DNA of 64,000 bases. Origin: Candidatus Bathyarchaeota archaeon (GTDB lineage Archaea; Thermoproteota; Bathyarchaeia; Bathyarchaeales; Bathycorpusculaceae). How positions within the stretch are numbered: the stretch's first letter is position 1; every line of letters begins with the position of its first letter. The position numbers and the translations under genes are program-made. The stretch covers positions 864,001-928,000 of the forward strand of contig CAWGYA010000008.1 of NCBI GenBank assembly GCA_963826715.1, in the 5' to 3' direction. The notes under the pieces are model-generated. The model saw nothing but the letters and a program-made list of their open reading frames with translations. It made no database searches and was not told the origin of the DNA. Of the stretch, positions 8,854-18,950 are shown piece by piece.

Positions 8854-9738
8854 ATGAAAATTGGCTTAGTTACCTACAAACCCGAGTTCGTCGAAGGCTA
8901 TGATCTTCACGTTTACTATAGCAAATGGGCCGATGGTCAGGCATTTCCAGCAGCGAAAGGAATGCAAAACGATGTCACTGTTTTCTGCGACGCCAAAATC
9001 CTCCGCGAAGATCCAACAATGGTCTCTACCTCAAACAACGGTCCAGCACTACGTCGCAACAGAAGAAAAAACTTAGCTTTTGACTTCGTTTGCCCTACCC
9101 ATCCAAAATACCGAGCCAAAATTTTTGAATACCTCGACAACCTCTCAAAAGAAGACATTACCGGCATCACCTTAAACCTCTACCACTTCGCCGACGAAGG
9201 TTACTGTACATGCACAAGATGCACTGAACAACGCCAAAAAAGCGGGCTCGACTGGACCCAATGGCGAGCAAAAACCATTACTGAATTTCTATCTGAAGCC
9301 AAAACCCATACCAAAGGAACCTTCGCAGTGGAAATGTTCCCGGATCCAGTGCTTGCAAAAGAACGTTTTGGAATAGATTTTAACGCTATAGCCGATTTGG
9401 TTGATTACTTTCATGTGCCGCTCTCATCCCGAGATTACTTTACTAACTACTGGGTTGACACAATAGTTCGAGACTTTGTTGCAACGCTAAAAAAACCAGT
9501 TGTTGTAGAGTTAAGTTCTGAATTACCCACAGACGAAAAACTCGACGCCTTACTCAAAACTGTATGTTATATATCGCGCCATAACCTCATGGCGGTGCTG
9601 CTTTTAGTGCATGACTCAGAAAACGCCCGCCAAATAGCGCGGTTCGCAGTCCACAACAATGCCTTCCGTGAGTGGCTCGACACCTATGAATTCACAAAGA
9701 TGAAACAAATAGTGGATATTTGGGCTAAAATCTATTAA
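8854..9738 (+). CDS. Uncharacterised glycoside-hydrolase-like protein with CxCxxC, paralog B
   Basis: VCPTHPK, HFADEGYCTCTRC, WTQWRAKTITEF, PDPVLAKERFGID; colinear with 6573-7475. Confidence 0.65.
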   Translation: MKIGLVTYKPEFVEGYDLHVYYSKWADGQAFPAAKGMQNDVTVFCDAKILREDPTMVSTSNNGPALRRNRRKNLAFDFVCPTHPKYRAKIFEYLDNLSKEDITGITLNLYHFADEGYCTCTRCTEQRQKSGLDWTQWRAKTITEFLSEAKTHTKGTFAVEMFPDPVLAKERFGIDFNAIADLVDYFHVPLSSRDYFTNYWVDTIVRDFVATLKKPVVVELSSELPTDEKLDALLKTVCYISRHNLMAVLLLVHDSENARQIARFAVHNNAFREWLDTYEFTKMKQIVDIWAKIY

Positions 9739-9783
9739 TTTGTTAATTTTCACCTTAAGTCGGATCAAACAGGACCTTGATGA

Positions 9784-10536
9784 TTAAGCTCTTTTAAGTT
9801 TGGCACGGTATACTTTAAGCCGTTCCATATCAAGATCCACCGTTAAAACAGAGTCTTCAGCTGCATCCGAAACCTCACCTAAAACTCCCCAGGGCGCAAT
9901 AATAGCGCTTCTGCCCCCTCGCATGTTTGAAGCAACATTGCCTACTTTTAGGACAAAAACGCCATACTCCCGCGCAATTGCTTCAGTCAACGGATGACCT
10001 TTTACAGTGGGATGAGTACCCATAGCAGCAACAGGAAGAGTAATAATTTCTGCCCTTAAAGCTGCGACTTTTTTAACAAGATCAGGATCAAAGCTGTCAG
10101 CACACACAATAAGACCGATTTTACCGACTTCCGTGTCCACCACAAGCGGAGTACTTCCTTTAGCTACTCCTGCCTTGATTTCTGCTTGAATTGGGTTGAT
10201 TTTTTTATATTTAGCCAGCAGTATCCCGTTTCGCCAGAAAGTACTTGTGTTGTAAAATTTTCCAAGATCTTCTTCAAGCACAGAACCGCCAAGAAGGAAG
10301 ATGTTCCCGATTTTCACGGATATGTCTTGAAGGAACTCGAGTGTCTTGTTGCAGGTTTCATAAGAGATTTTTGGTGCATCTGTGAACTCTGCCATGCAGT
10401 TGGGCACAGTGAAGTACTCGGGAAGCGCGATTAGAGCAGGGTTTTCTTTGCTTGCTTTGAGAACTGCATTCTTGGCTGCCAAGATGTTTTTTTCCAGGTT
10501 TTCGCGGATTTCCATGTGGAGCAAACTGACTTTCAC
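9784..10536 (-). CDS. Carbon-nitrogen hydrolase (nitrilase superfamily)
   Basis: Glu-Lys-Cys triad in LPEYF, YKKI and IVCAD; GRSAIIAPWG. Confidence 0.9.
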   Translation of the reverse strand: MKVSLLHMEIRENLEKNILAAKNAVLKASKENPALIALPEYFTVPNCMAEFTDAPKISYETCNKTLEFLQDISVKIGNIFLLGGSVLEEDLGKFYNTSTFWRNGILLAKYKKINPIQAEIKAGVAKGSTPLVVDTEVGKIGLIVCADSFDPDLVKKVAALRAEIITLPVAAMGTHPTVKGHPLTEAIAREYGVFVLKVGNVASNMRGGRSAIIAPWGVLGEVSDAAEDSVLTVDLDMERLKVYRAKLKRA

Positions 10537-10848
10537 TATTCAACCCTCTTTTTATTGTGAGAAGGTTCTTTATCTATTAAATCTGCTGTTGACTGTTTTT
10601 TTTTACCGTATACTTTTGATTATGTTGAATCTCTGAATGGCGATTCATATTAAGCATCTTTTGTTTGATTGAAGTTATTTTTGGCATGGTTGTTTGACTT
10701 TTTACCGGGTTTTAAATTAAATATTATCATTTGTTTAGAATTTATTGTGCTTTCAGCACATATGTTTAATAAATGTTGCCTTTTGTAGGCATAAGTAAAA
10801 CTATATATAGGTGGGAAACGACAGACAGGGTAATATCGAGGGAGAGAA

Positions 10849-11832
10849 ATGACCCTTAATGAATCAGAAGTAAGTAAACTCTTGCCAGACATCCGAACCC
10901 TGGTAAACAAAGTTGTCAAAAAAAATATCGCTGACGGTTTCCTCTTCTCCGCTGGAACCGACACCCAAATCATTGCCTACGAAGCAGTTAAGTACAAACC
11001 TGACATCCAATGCCTCACCTTAGCCTTCAAACATGGTCAACCAAAAGACACAGAATATGTCAAAAAAATGGTTGACCTTCTCCATCTAAAACATGAAACC
11101 TACCAATTCGGCAAAGAAGACGTCTTCAAATTTTACCCAAAAGTCGTAGAAGCACTTAAAAAATACGATCCAATGGAAATCCGCAACAGCCTCCCCGTCT
11201 ACATCGGCTTAACCCTACTAAAACCCAAGGGAATCAAAACCGTTTTCACTGGCGACGCACTTGACGAACTTTTCGGCTATCCATGGCAATTCCATCTAAG
11301 TGAAGAACAATTCGCAATTAAGCAGCAGGAAATGTGGGCCGAAATGGGCTTCTCCTCGTTCCCTATGGCAGAATCTCTTGGAATGCAAATCAAGGCTCCT
11401 TACAGAGACCCTGAATTTATGGATTGGGCAATGAAACTGCCAATTAAATACAAGATTAACATGCACAACGGCGTAAAATACGGCAAATGGATCCTACGCA
11501 AAGCCTATGAGGACGTTATTCCAAAAGACATAATCTGGAGACCAAAAGCCCCTCTTGAAGCCGGAACCGGAACCGAAACATTGCGCACCTACTTTAACGA
11601 CATGATATCCGACCAAGAGTTCACTGAAAAGAAAACAGCCATCAAAGAAGCTGACGACGTAGAAATCCAAGACAAAGAACAACTTCTCTACTACGAAGTA
11701 TTCAGAGCGAAATTCGGCAAACCCAAAGATGTATTTCCCAAAGTTGAAGACGCTATCCAATGCCCCAAATGCAAGAGCTACATAAAAACTAAAATCCAGT
11801 TCTGCAAAACCTGCGGAGCTTACCCCATCTAA
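10849..11832 (+). CDS. Asparagine-synthase-like ATP-pyrophosphatase domain (no glutaminase domain) with C-terminal zinc ribbon
   Basis: LFSAGTDT (variant of SGGLDS), TGDALDELFG, KWILRKA, WRPK..GTG; CPKC...CKTC. Confidence 0.8.
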   Translation: MTLNESEVSKLLPDIRTLVNKVVKKNIADGFLFSAGTDTQIIAYEAVKYKPDIQCLTLAFKHGQPKDTEYVKKMVDLLHLKHETYQFGKEDVFKFYPKVVEALKKYDPMEIRNSLPVYIGLTLLKPKGIKTVFTGDALDELFGYPWQFHLSEEQFAIKQQEMWAEMGFSSFPMAESLGMQIKAPYRDPEFMDWAMKLPIKYKINMHNGVKYGKWILRKAYEDVIPKDIIWRPKAPLEAGTGTETLRTYFNDMISDQEFTEKKTAIKEADDVEIQDKEQLLYYEVFRAKFGKPKDVFPKVEDAIQCPKCKSYIKTKIQFCKTCGAYPI

Positions 11833-11859
11833 ACTTTTCTTCTTTTTTTAGAAAAAAAA

Positions 11860-12720
11860 TTAATTTGTTGATTTGGGTTTAGAGCGGCTTATCACTACAA
11901 CAATAACTATTCCCATGAAAATTATTGCTGCAACAGCCAAGATGACCACCAAGGTAATTGTTGATACTGCAAAACCAGGTACTGTCGGTGAAGGTTGAGT
12001 TGAAGGCATAACTGTAACAGTGGGTTTAGGCGTTTGAATCGCAGGTGTAGACGTAGGAGTTGGAGTGGTTGTTGGAGTAGACGTTGTTGTTATGGGTATT
12101 TTAACCCAGAAACTTGTGGTTGCAGTGTTACCAGCTTCATCAGTAATGGTTAACGCCCCAGTGAAGTTTCCATAAGTACTGTATGCATGGGTTACTGTCA
12201 TTCCGTTTGTGGTATTGCCGTCGCCGAAATTCCAAACATAACTTACTATACCTATGTTGTCTTCGCTATAGCTTCCATCAAACAATAACTCGTTATTCTC
12301 AACAGAAGAAACCTTTATGGTCATGAATGGTAAAGGTGGAACGGGATCAACGATAACTGTTGCTGAAGCAGACACGATTTGGTTTGAGGTATCGAAATTT
12401 ACAAAGACGGTTTTTTGGGCAGCGTCTGCACCTTCGGGAAGATCGGATAGATTCCACACTCTTGTGGTATCATATGGTTCCCAATCTGACCATGTGGTGT
12501 TGTCGTTGGAGAACTGCATGTCAACTGCGCTTTCGCATGACAGGTTGAGCGTAACGGTTGTAGAGTTGGTGTAGCCTGATCCATTGTTGATAATTACTGT
12601 TCCAGTTATTTGAGCTACAACTTCGGGAGAAAAGAACCCGTTGATCGCTATAGTTACAGACAAAATTATGGCTAAGGTAACAAGAACAAGAGCTGACTTG
12701 GAGATTCTAAATGGTGCCAT
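11860..12720 (-). CDS. Secreted, membrane-anchored PKD-domain protein
   Basis: Signal peptide, SYVWNFGDG PKD motif, Thr/Pro linker, C-terminal TM helix. Confidence 0.85.
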   Translation of the reverse strand: MAPFRISKSALVLVTLAIILSVTIAINGFFSPEVVAQITGTVIINNGSGYTNSTTVTLNLSCESAVDMQFSNDNTTWSDWEPYDTTRVWNLSDLPEGADAAQKTVFVNFDTSNQIVSASATVIVDPVPPLPFMTIKVSSVENNELLFDGSYSEDNIGIVSYVWNFGDGNTTNGMTVTHAYSTYGNFTGALTITDEAGNTATTSFWVKIPITTTSTPTTTPTPTSTPAIQTPKPTVTVMPSTQPSPTVPGFAVSTITLVVILAVAAIIFMGIVIVVVISRSKPKSTN

Positions 12721-12864
12721 GGCTAATACCTTTCATTGACATTGTCACCTCCGAGTTGGTTATAAAATTTGCCCAGAATTTATCCCAAAGAAAAGTCTAT
12801 TTTTTGAGAAAGACTTAATTCTCCAAGCCAATTATTTCACTGAAACGACGAGAGGCTAAAAAAA

Positions 12865-13914
12865 TTGGCTAACCTATCTCAACTCAAGTTTGCAATGGCA
12901 ACTTCGATTTTCCTTTCGGCGTTTATTTTTGGACTTTTTGTTTTTGCTATAGTTTACCTATTACAACTGGACACTTTAACTGGGTTATTAATTGCTCTAA
13001 GTGGCTCAGGGCTCTTCATACTCTTCCAATATGCAGTCGGACCTGCAATAGTTTCCGCAACCACTCACCTTCATTATCTCAAACCTGGCGAGAACCCTTG
13101 GCTTGAGCGAACCGTTAAAGAATTAGCAGACAAAACAGGGTTGCCTATGCCTAGATTAGCGACGGTGCCAAGCAACACGCCTAACGCTTTCACCTTTGGT
13201 AGAACCACAACTAGCGCCACATTAGCCGTCCACCAGGGGCTTTTGCAACAATTAAACCAAGAAGAAGTCCGAACTGTGCTCGCCCATGAGCTAGGGCATA
13301 TTAAACATAAAGACTACATCGTAATGACGGTGCTTTCTACTTTGCCATTAATTGCCTATTACATTGCTCAATTAACTTTGTATGCAGGCATTTTCAGCGG
13401 TGGTTCCAGACGGAGAAATGACCGCGATAATAGTGGTTTAATCATTATAGCCATAGGAGCCATTTCATTTGCTGTTTACATAATTACTTCCCTTATTGTC
13501 ATGCGCTTAAGCCGTCTACGAGAGCACTATGCAGATGCATTTTCAGCATACCTCACAAATTCACCCCGAGGCTTAGAGAGCGCCTTGGCAAAGATAACAT
13601 ATGGCCTCTCAATTTCGCCGAAACCCCCTGAGGGAGCACGAGCTTTCTACATTGAAGACCCGAGCATGGCAAAAAGGGAAATCTCGCAGATAATGGCTAA
13701 GAAAAACCAGTATGACCTCGACCAAGATGGTGTCCTCGACGAACGGGAACTCCAGTTAGCGATGGAAAAAGAAGCCAAATCAACCTGGGTGCAGATGAAC
13801 AATCTATTTGCAACCCATCCACCTACCTTTAAACGCATTTTACTTTTACGGGAAATTGAGACAGAAATGGACACCGGAAAATACAGCAGTAATAATATGT
13901 ATGTCCATGTCTGA
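12865..13914 (+). CDS. htpX: HtpX family M48 zinc metalloprotease
   Basis: PNAFTFG, LAHELGHI, SRLREHYAD, ATHPP. Confidence 0.92.
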   Translation: MANLSQLKFAMATSIFLSAFIFGLFVFAIVYLLQLDTLTGLLIALSGSGLFILFQYAVGPAIVSATTHLHYLKPGENPWLERTVKELADKTGLPMPRLATVPSNTPNAFTFGRTTTSATLAVHQGLLQQLNQEEVRTVLAHELGHIKHKDYIVMTVLSTLPLIAYYIAQLTLYAGIFSGGSRRRNDRDNSGLIIIAIGAISFAVYIITSLIVMRLSRLREHYADAFSAYLTNSPRGLESALAKITYGLSISPKPPEGARAFYIEDPSMAKREISQIMAKKNQYDLDQDGVLDERELQLAMEKEAKSTWVQMNNLFATHPPTFKRILLLREIETEMDTGKYSSNNMYVHV

Positions 13915-14007
13915 CCCCATTTTAGATTAAAACTCCAAAGATTTATGCGAAGACTAATATTTGTGTAAAATCGAATAGATGGGTAAAACCCAAAAAAGGG
14001 TATTGAC

Positions 14008-14214
14008 ATGGTGAATTATTGTCCTGAATGCGGCGGAGAAATGCATTACATATCACTGACTAAACATTACGTCTGCAAAAGCTGCGGCTTATCTTGCACT
14101 GGGCAGGAACTCAACGACATGCATGACAAGAACAGACCAGCCGATGAAACTGACGAAGAAGCCAGCCAAGCCCGCCGAAAAGAATACCTCAAATGGTATC
14201 TTAGCAAAAAATAG
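14008..14214 (+). CDS. Small zinc-ribbon protein
   Basis: CPECGG...CKSCG. Confidence 0.7.
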   Translation: MVNYCPECGGEMHYISLTKHYVCKSCGLSCTGQELNDMHDKNRPADETDEEASQARRKEYLKWYLSKK

Positions 14215-14317
14215 TTGACTCTCAAACTGAGAAGCGACTTTTCTTAGTATTGACTCTGTATCTAAGACTGGGAAGGCTACTTAAGAAACCCCGAATTAAT
14301 ATTCAGCGGCGAAGTGT

Positions 14318-15130
14318 TTGGTAGTTGACATAGAAGTAATATGTATTGGCAACGAACTTCTTATTGGAAAAGTTGAAAACACCAATGCTCATTGGATAGC
14401 ACAGCAAGTTACAACTTTAGGAGCAAACTTGAAACGGATAACAGTTATCTCTGACATAGTTGAAGAAATAGCAGCCGCAATTCTCGAAGCCAAAGCCCGC
14501 AAACCCCAAATCATTATTACCACAGGCGGCTTAGGACCCACTTTTGACGACAAAACCCTGCAGGGACTCGCTGAAGCCCTTAGTCAACCGCTGATGGTTA
14601 ATAATATAGCCCTTGAGATGGTTAAGCAAAAATGCCTCGAATATGCAAATAAAAGAGGTATCCCCACTGAAATCGAAATGACTTCGCCACGACTGAAAAT
14701 GGCAACCTTCCCCGAAACCGCCCAACCCGTTACCAACTTAATTGGTACTGCACCAGCCGCTAGAGCAGCGCTGGATTCAACGGTTTTGTTTGCCCTTCCT
14801 GGGGTGCCCGTGGAGATGGAGGCGATTTTTACTCAAACCATTGCACCTATGATTAGGCAGCTTGTAGGCGAAGTGGTTTTTTGTGAACACAGCTTGTTTA
14901 CAGTGGGAATTTTTGAGTCTCGCTTGGCGCCGCTAATCGATTTGGTGATGGCGGATAATTTTGGAGTTTATGTTAAGTCTCATCCGATACGTAGCGACAG
15001 TAAGCCAGGGGTGGAGTTGCACTTGAGTATTAGAGCTCCCATTGAGAATAAGCCAGTTGAAGTACTGCTCAAAGCATCAAGGGCGCTTTCTGCGTTAATT
15101 GAAGCAAACTGCGGCACTGTTCAGCCTTAA
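14318..15130 (+). CDS. CinA N-terminal / molybdopterin-binding domain protein
   Basis: IGNELLIGKVENTNA, TTGGLGPTFDD, LPGVPVEM. Confidence 0.88.
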   Translation: MVVDIEVICIGNELLIGKVENTNAHWIAQQVTTLGANLKRITVISDIVEEIAAAILEAKARKPQIIITTGGLGPTFDDKTLQGLAEALSQPLMVNNIALEMVKQKCLEYANKRGIPTEIEMTSPRLKMATFPETAQPVTNLIGTAPAARAALDSTVLFALPGVPVEMEAIFTQTIAPMIRQLVGEVVFCEHSLFTVGIFESRLAPLIDLVMADNFGVYVKSHPIRSDSKPGVELHLSIRAPIENKPVEVLLKASRALSALIEANCGTVQP

Positions 15131-15188
15131 TTGTTAGGTTTAAATTGGGAATAACCATTTAAGGCAAAAAGTAATTTGAGAAAATAGA

Positions 15189-16409
15189 TTGGCTGGCTGT
15201 TCAGTGCGCACAACAAAGAGTTATCTTAAGGCGATAAGCCTAACCCTATTGGTGGTTTTTTGTATTTCAATAGTTCCGGTTGGAAGATCAGAGGGGCAAT
15301 CTCAGGTTTACACAAGCTCTTTTCTGCTTCTTAACCGTTCCGATGGTAATTTGACCTACCAGCTAAACGTAACTATTCCCTTTACCCTTTTCCAATACTA
15401 CACTTACCAGAATCATGCGCTGTTTTCAGATGCAGACTTCCGAAAATATGTCACTCCCTTTACCCTCAAACCTATCGCGGATCGCCTATGGCAAATCTAC
15501 AACAATACTGAAGACTTCACCAACGGCGTTTTGATGCTGGTTCATCAGATAACCTACGAGGAAACAGATCCCGGCAAGTATCCAGTGGAAACGCTGGTTG
15601 CAGGCAAAGGTGACTGCGACCTTTTCGTATACATCGCCGCGTCGATTCTTGAAGCCGGCGGAATTCATACCGTACTCCTATACTATAAGGACCAGCTACA
15701 CATGGAACTCGGAGTAGATATAGGATACACGCCTACAGATGTCCGATCAAAAGTTTACCAAATTGAATTCCAAAATGCTTCTTACTATATTGGGGAGTGC
15801 ACTGGAGGAAAATGGCGAGAAGGTTGGCGCATTGGAGAATGTCCAACCGATTACCAAAACGTAACTGCTCAGATTATCTCGCTTCAAGATATAGCGAGTT
15901 CTTCATTTGGACAAGTTAGTGCGAATCTAAGAGAACTCGACTCCAGCACTCTGTCGATTGGAGTATCCTCTACTTTTATGTTTGAAGGTTACCAGTTAAT
16001 CTTGAGCGGACAAATACTCCCTAAAGTTGCAGGAGAAAACGTAACGCTGCAAGCAAATCTGAATGGCGGCGGCTGGAAAAACATAGGTAATGTTGAAACC
16101 CAGGCCGATGGACGATTCAGCTACACCTGGACACCACCCACAGGTACAGTCGAGGTTCAAGCCAGCTGGATAGGCAACGAAGAATTTAACGGCGCGTCGA
16201 GCTCAAAAAATAGCTTAATCATTTTGCCCTATTATTTCGTCCCGCTTATTTTGACTGCGATTTTAGCGTTTATGATCGTCACTTTAGGGTTAATAGTTAC
16301 CCGGCGCAGAAAATCGCCAATGTCATCTCAACCGGCACCGGTATCAACTGATATTTCTTCGCAGCAAACGCTTAAAACAAATCGAAGGGGGCAATTGGTG
16401 GAAACATGA
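15189..16409 (+). CDS. Surface protein with transglutaminase-like domain, Ig-like domain and C-terminal TM anchor
   Basis: YPVETL..GKGDCDL, HMELGV, YYIGECT; signal peptide and TM tail. Confidence 0.7.
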   Translation: MAGCSVRTTKSYLKAISLTLLVVFCISIVPVGRSEGQSQVYTSSFLLLNRSDGNLTYQLNVTIPFTLFQYYTYQNHALFSDADFRKYVTPFTLKPIADRLWQIYNNTEDFTNGVLMLVHQITYEETDPGKYPVETLVAGKGDCDLFVYIAASILEAGGIHTVLLYYKDQLHMELGVDIGYTPTDVRSKVYQIEFQNASYYIGECTGGKWREGWRIGECPTDYQNVTAQIISLQDIASSSFGQVSANLRELDSSTLSIGVSSTFMFEGYQLILSGQILPKVAGENVTLQANLNGGGWKNIGNVETQADGRFSYTWTPPTGTVEVQASWIGNEEFNGASSSKNSLIILPYYFVPLILTAILAFMIVTLGLIVTRRRKSPMSSQPAPVSTDISSQQTLKTNRRGQLVET

Positions 16410-16549
16410 ACTATCAGAAAGTTTCTAGGTCTATTCTGCTATAGTTTTATACATTTAAAATTCCAAAAGAGAATTGAAAATCCATTACTCTACTGTTCCA
16501 AAAAATATTATTGATTGGTTTCTGAAAAACCTAAAAAATAAAAGAAAAG

Positions 16550-17725
16550 TTAGGCTTTGGTTGTCTCAAGGGCTTTCTTGAGAATCTCAGCCTTATCAGT
16601 GCGTTCCCAAGGAAACTCGACGTCGTCTCGTCCAAAGTGACCAAAGCAGGCTGTTTTCTTGTAGATGGGGCGTAACAAGTCAAGTTGAGCGATGAGCCCT
16701 CGGGGGCGCATATCAAAGTTTTCCTTGACGAGTTCAAGGATTTTTTCATCTGCAAGTTTCCCAGTTTCAAAAGTATTAACCAGAACTGAGATAGGCTGTG
16801 CAATACCTATAGCATAGCTGATTTGAACTTCACATTGCTCGGCTAACCCTGAAGCAACCACGTTTTTAGCGATATAACGCGCCATGTAACAGCCACTACG
16901 GTCAACTTTAGAGGGGTCTTTACCGCTGAAACAGCCACCGCCGTGGCTTCCGACGCCTCCATAGGTGTCCACTATGATTTTGCGCCCGGTTAAGCCTGAG
17001 TCTGCTAGAGTTCCGCCAATGACGAAGCGACCTGTGCCATTGATAACATAGTTCACCTCTGGTGACAGAAGTTCAGCCGGGATGACGCATTTGATTACTT
17101 TCTCAATTATTTGCTTTTTTAGTACAGCATCTTCTACTGAGCCGTTGTTTTGCGCTGCAATGACGACGGTTTTGACGCATTTAGGTTTGCCGTTTTCATA
17201 TTCTACTGTAACTTGGGATTTGCAGTCTGGCCGCAAATATGGCATGGTTCCATTCTTTCTGACATCCGCAAGGCGCTTAACAAGCCTATGCGCAAGCAGA
17301 ATCGGTAAGGGCATGAGTTCTTTGGTTTCGTTGGAGGCATAGCCGAAAACCATGCCTTGGTCCCCTGCGCCTTGCTCGTGGCCATTGAATTCGTTAACGC
17401 CCATGGCAATGTCGGGCGATTGCTCAGTTAATGAAACGAGTATGCCACAGGTTTCCCAATCTAAACCATCTTTGGCGTTGTCAAACCCGATTTCTCTTAA
17501 GGTTTTTCGAACAACCTTGGGGATGTTTACGTAGGTAGAGGTTGTGATTTGACCTGTAATAACCACGGTTCCTTGCATAACAAGGGTTTCACAGTCAACG
17601 CGCGCTTTGGGGTCATGAGAAAAAATCTCGTCTAAGACACTGTCGGATACTTGGTCAGCAACTTTGTCAGGGTGACCTTCTCCGACCGATTCAGATGTGA
17701 ACAAATATGTTCCTTTTTTTTTCAT
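16550..17725 (-). CDS. metK: Methionine adenosyltransferase, bacterial/eukaryotic type
   Basis: [50 protein letters not shown]; start at MKKKG. Confidence 0.96.
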   Translation of the reverse strand: MKKKGTYLFTSESVGEGHPDKVADQVSDSVLDEIFSHDPKARVDCETLVMQGTVVITGQITTSTYVNIPKVVRKTLREIGFDNAKDGLDWETCGILVSLTEQSPDIAMGVNEFNGHEQGAGDQGMVFGYASNETKELMPLPILLAHRLVKRLADVRKNGTMPYLRPDCKSQVTVEYENGKPKCVKTVVIAAQNNGSVEDAVLKKQIIEKVIKCVIPAELLSPEVNYVINGTGRFVIGGTLADSGLTGRKIIVDTYGGVGSHGGGCFSGKDPSKVDRSGCYMARYIAKNVVASGLAEQCEVQISYAIGIAQPISVLVNTFETGKLADEKILELVKENFDMRPRGLIAQLDLLRPIYKKTACFGHFGRDDVEFPWERTDKAEILKKALETTKA

Positions 17726-17880
17726 TGGATATCCATCCAGATTATAGTAGGTATATAGGTAACCTGGCAGTTTTCTTATATGCCTTTTTGACAAAAATAT
17801 TCCAAACGAAATATTTCTAGTACATTCTATTCCAAAAACAATTTAAAGATCCATCCGCCTTCAAACAATAATGGTGTCCG

Positions 17881-18261
17881 ATGAGAAAAAATATCCACAC
17901 TATGAATGCACCTAACCCACTTGGACACTATAATCAAGCTGTGAAAGCAGGAGGTTTTCTGTTTATTTCGGGACAACTTCCTATTGAATCAAAAAACGGC
18001 AATCTTGCATCGGTGGATATTGAGGGGCAGACGAAGCAGGTTATTGAAAACGTTAAAGCAATTCTTGAAGAGGCAGGTTGCACATTAAAGGATGTAGTGA
18101 ATGTTACTGTTTACCTCTCTTCAATGAAGGTTTTCGATGATTTCAACCGTGAATACGCCAAGTATTTCCCGGAGGATTTTCCTGCAAGGGCAGTTATCGG
18201 TGGGGTCGAACTTAAAGCAGGAGCTCTTTTGATGGTTTCCGGTGTTGCCTGGCGAGAGTAG
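17881..18261 (+). CDS. ridA: RidA/YjgF family reactive-intermediate deaminase
   Basis: GHYNQAV, FISGQLP, FPARAV. Confidence 0.88.
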   Translation: MRKNIHTMNAPNPLGHYNQAVKAGGFLFISGQLPIESKNGNLASVDIEGQTKQVIENVKAILEEAGCTLKDVVNVTVYLSSMKVFDDFNREYAKYFPEDFPARAVIGGVELKAGALLMVSGVAWRE

Positions 18262-18320
18262 AATTCAATTTGATAAATTATTAAAAGCTAGTTTCTCTCT
18301 AATACTCTGCAGGCGAAAAC

Positions 18321-18950
18321 ATGGCGGTATCGTTAAAGAAATTTATGCAGGAACTTTCTGGCAAAAAAGCCCCAGGTCCCTCAACGACCTTTACTATTTT
18401 CCATGTTTTCTATGCGTTGGATCTCCTATCACAAAAATCCCTGGGCAGAAACAAACTTGCCGAGAAACTACATGTTGGCGATGGAGCAGTCCGCACCATA
18501 ATAAGCCGCCTAAAAGACGCCGAATTAATTGAAACATCCAAGGAAGGCTGCATTTTAACCGAGAATGGCAAAAAAATCTGGATACAATTCGAAGAAATCT
18601 TCCCCTGCAGAGTGGCTTTACCTAAATCGGAGCTTTACACTTCCCCGTTTAATTATGCTTTCTTGGTGAAGAACAGCGGTAAGAAAGTCTCCTCAGGCAT
18701 CGATCAACGCGACGCTGCCATTATCGCAGGGGCACGCAATGCGTTGGTTATAGTCTGCAAAGAGGGACGTTTATGTATAGAGTCAGTAAGCAGTGACATT
18801 GCGAAGCACTATGGGAGGGCTGCAGAGGAGATTATAGAGCAACTAAAACCGCAGGAAAACGATGTGGTTATAGTGGCTGGTGCAGAGTCGGCTTTTAAGG
18901 CTAAGCGGGGTGCTTTTGCCGCCGGCTGGTCTCTGATTAGCAGTAGTTAA
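18321..18950 (+). CDS. Archaeal winged-HTH protein (DUF4443-like)
   Basis: GRNKLAEKLHVGDGAVRTII HTH; SGIDQRDAAIIAGA. Confidence 0.7.
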   Translation: MAVSLKKFMQELSGKKAPGPSTTFTIFHVFYALDLLSQKSLGRNKLAEKLHVGDGAVRTIISRLKDAELIETSKEGCILTENGKKIWIQFEEIFPCRVALPKSELYTSPFNYAFLVKNSGKKVSSGIDQRDAAIIAGARNALVIVCKEGRLCIESVSSDIAKHYGRAAEEIIEQLKPQENDVVIVAGAESAFKAKRGAFAAGWSLISSS

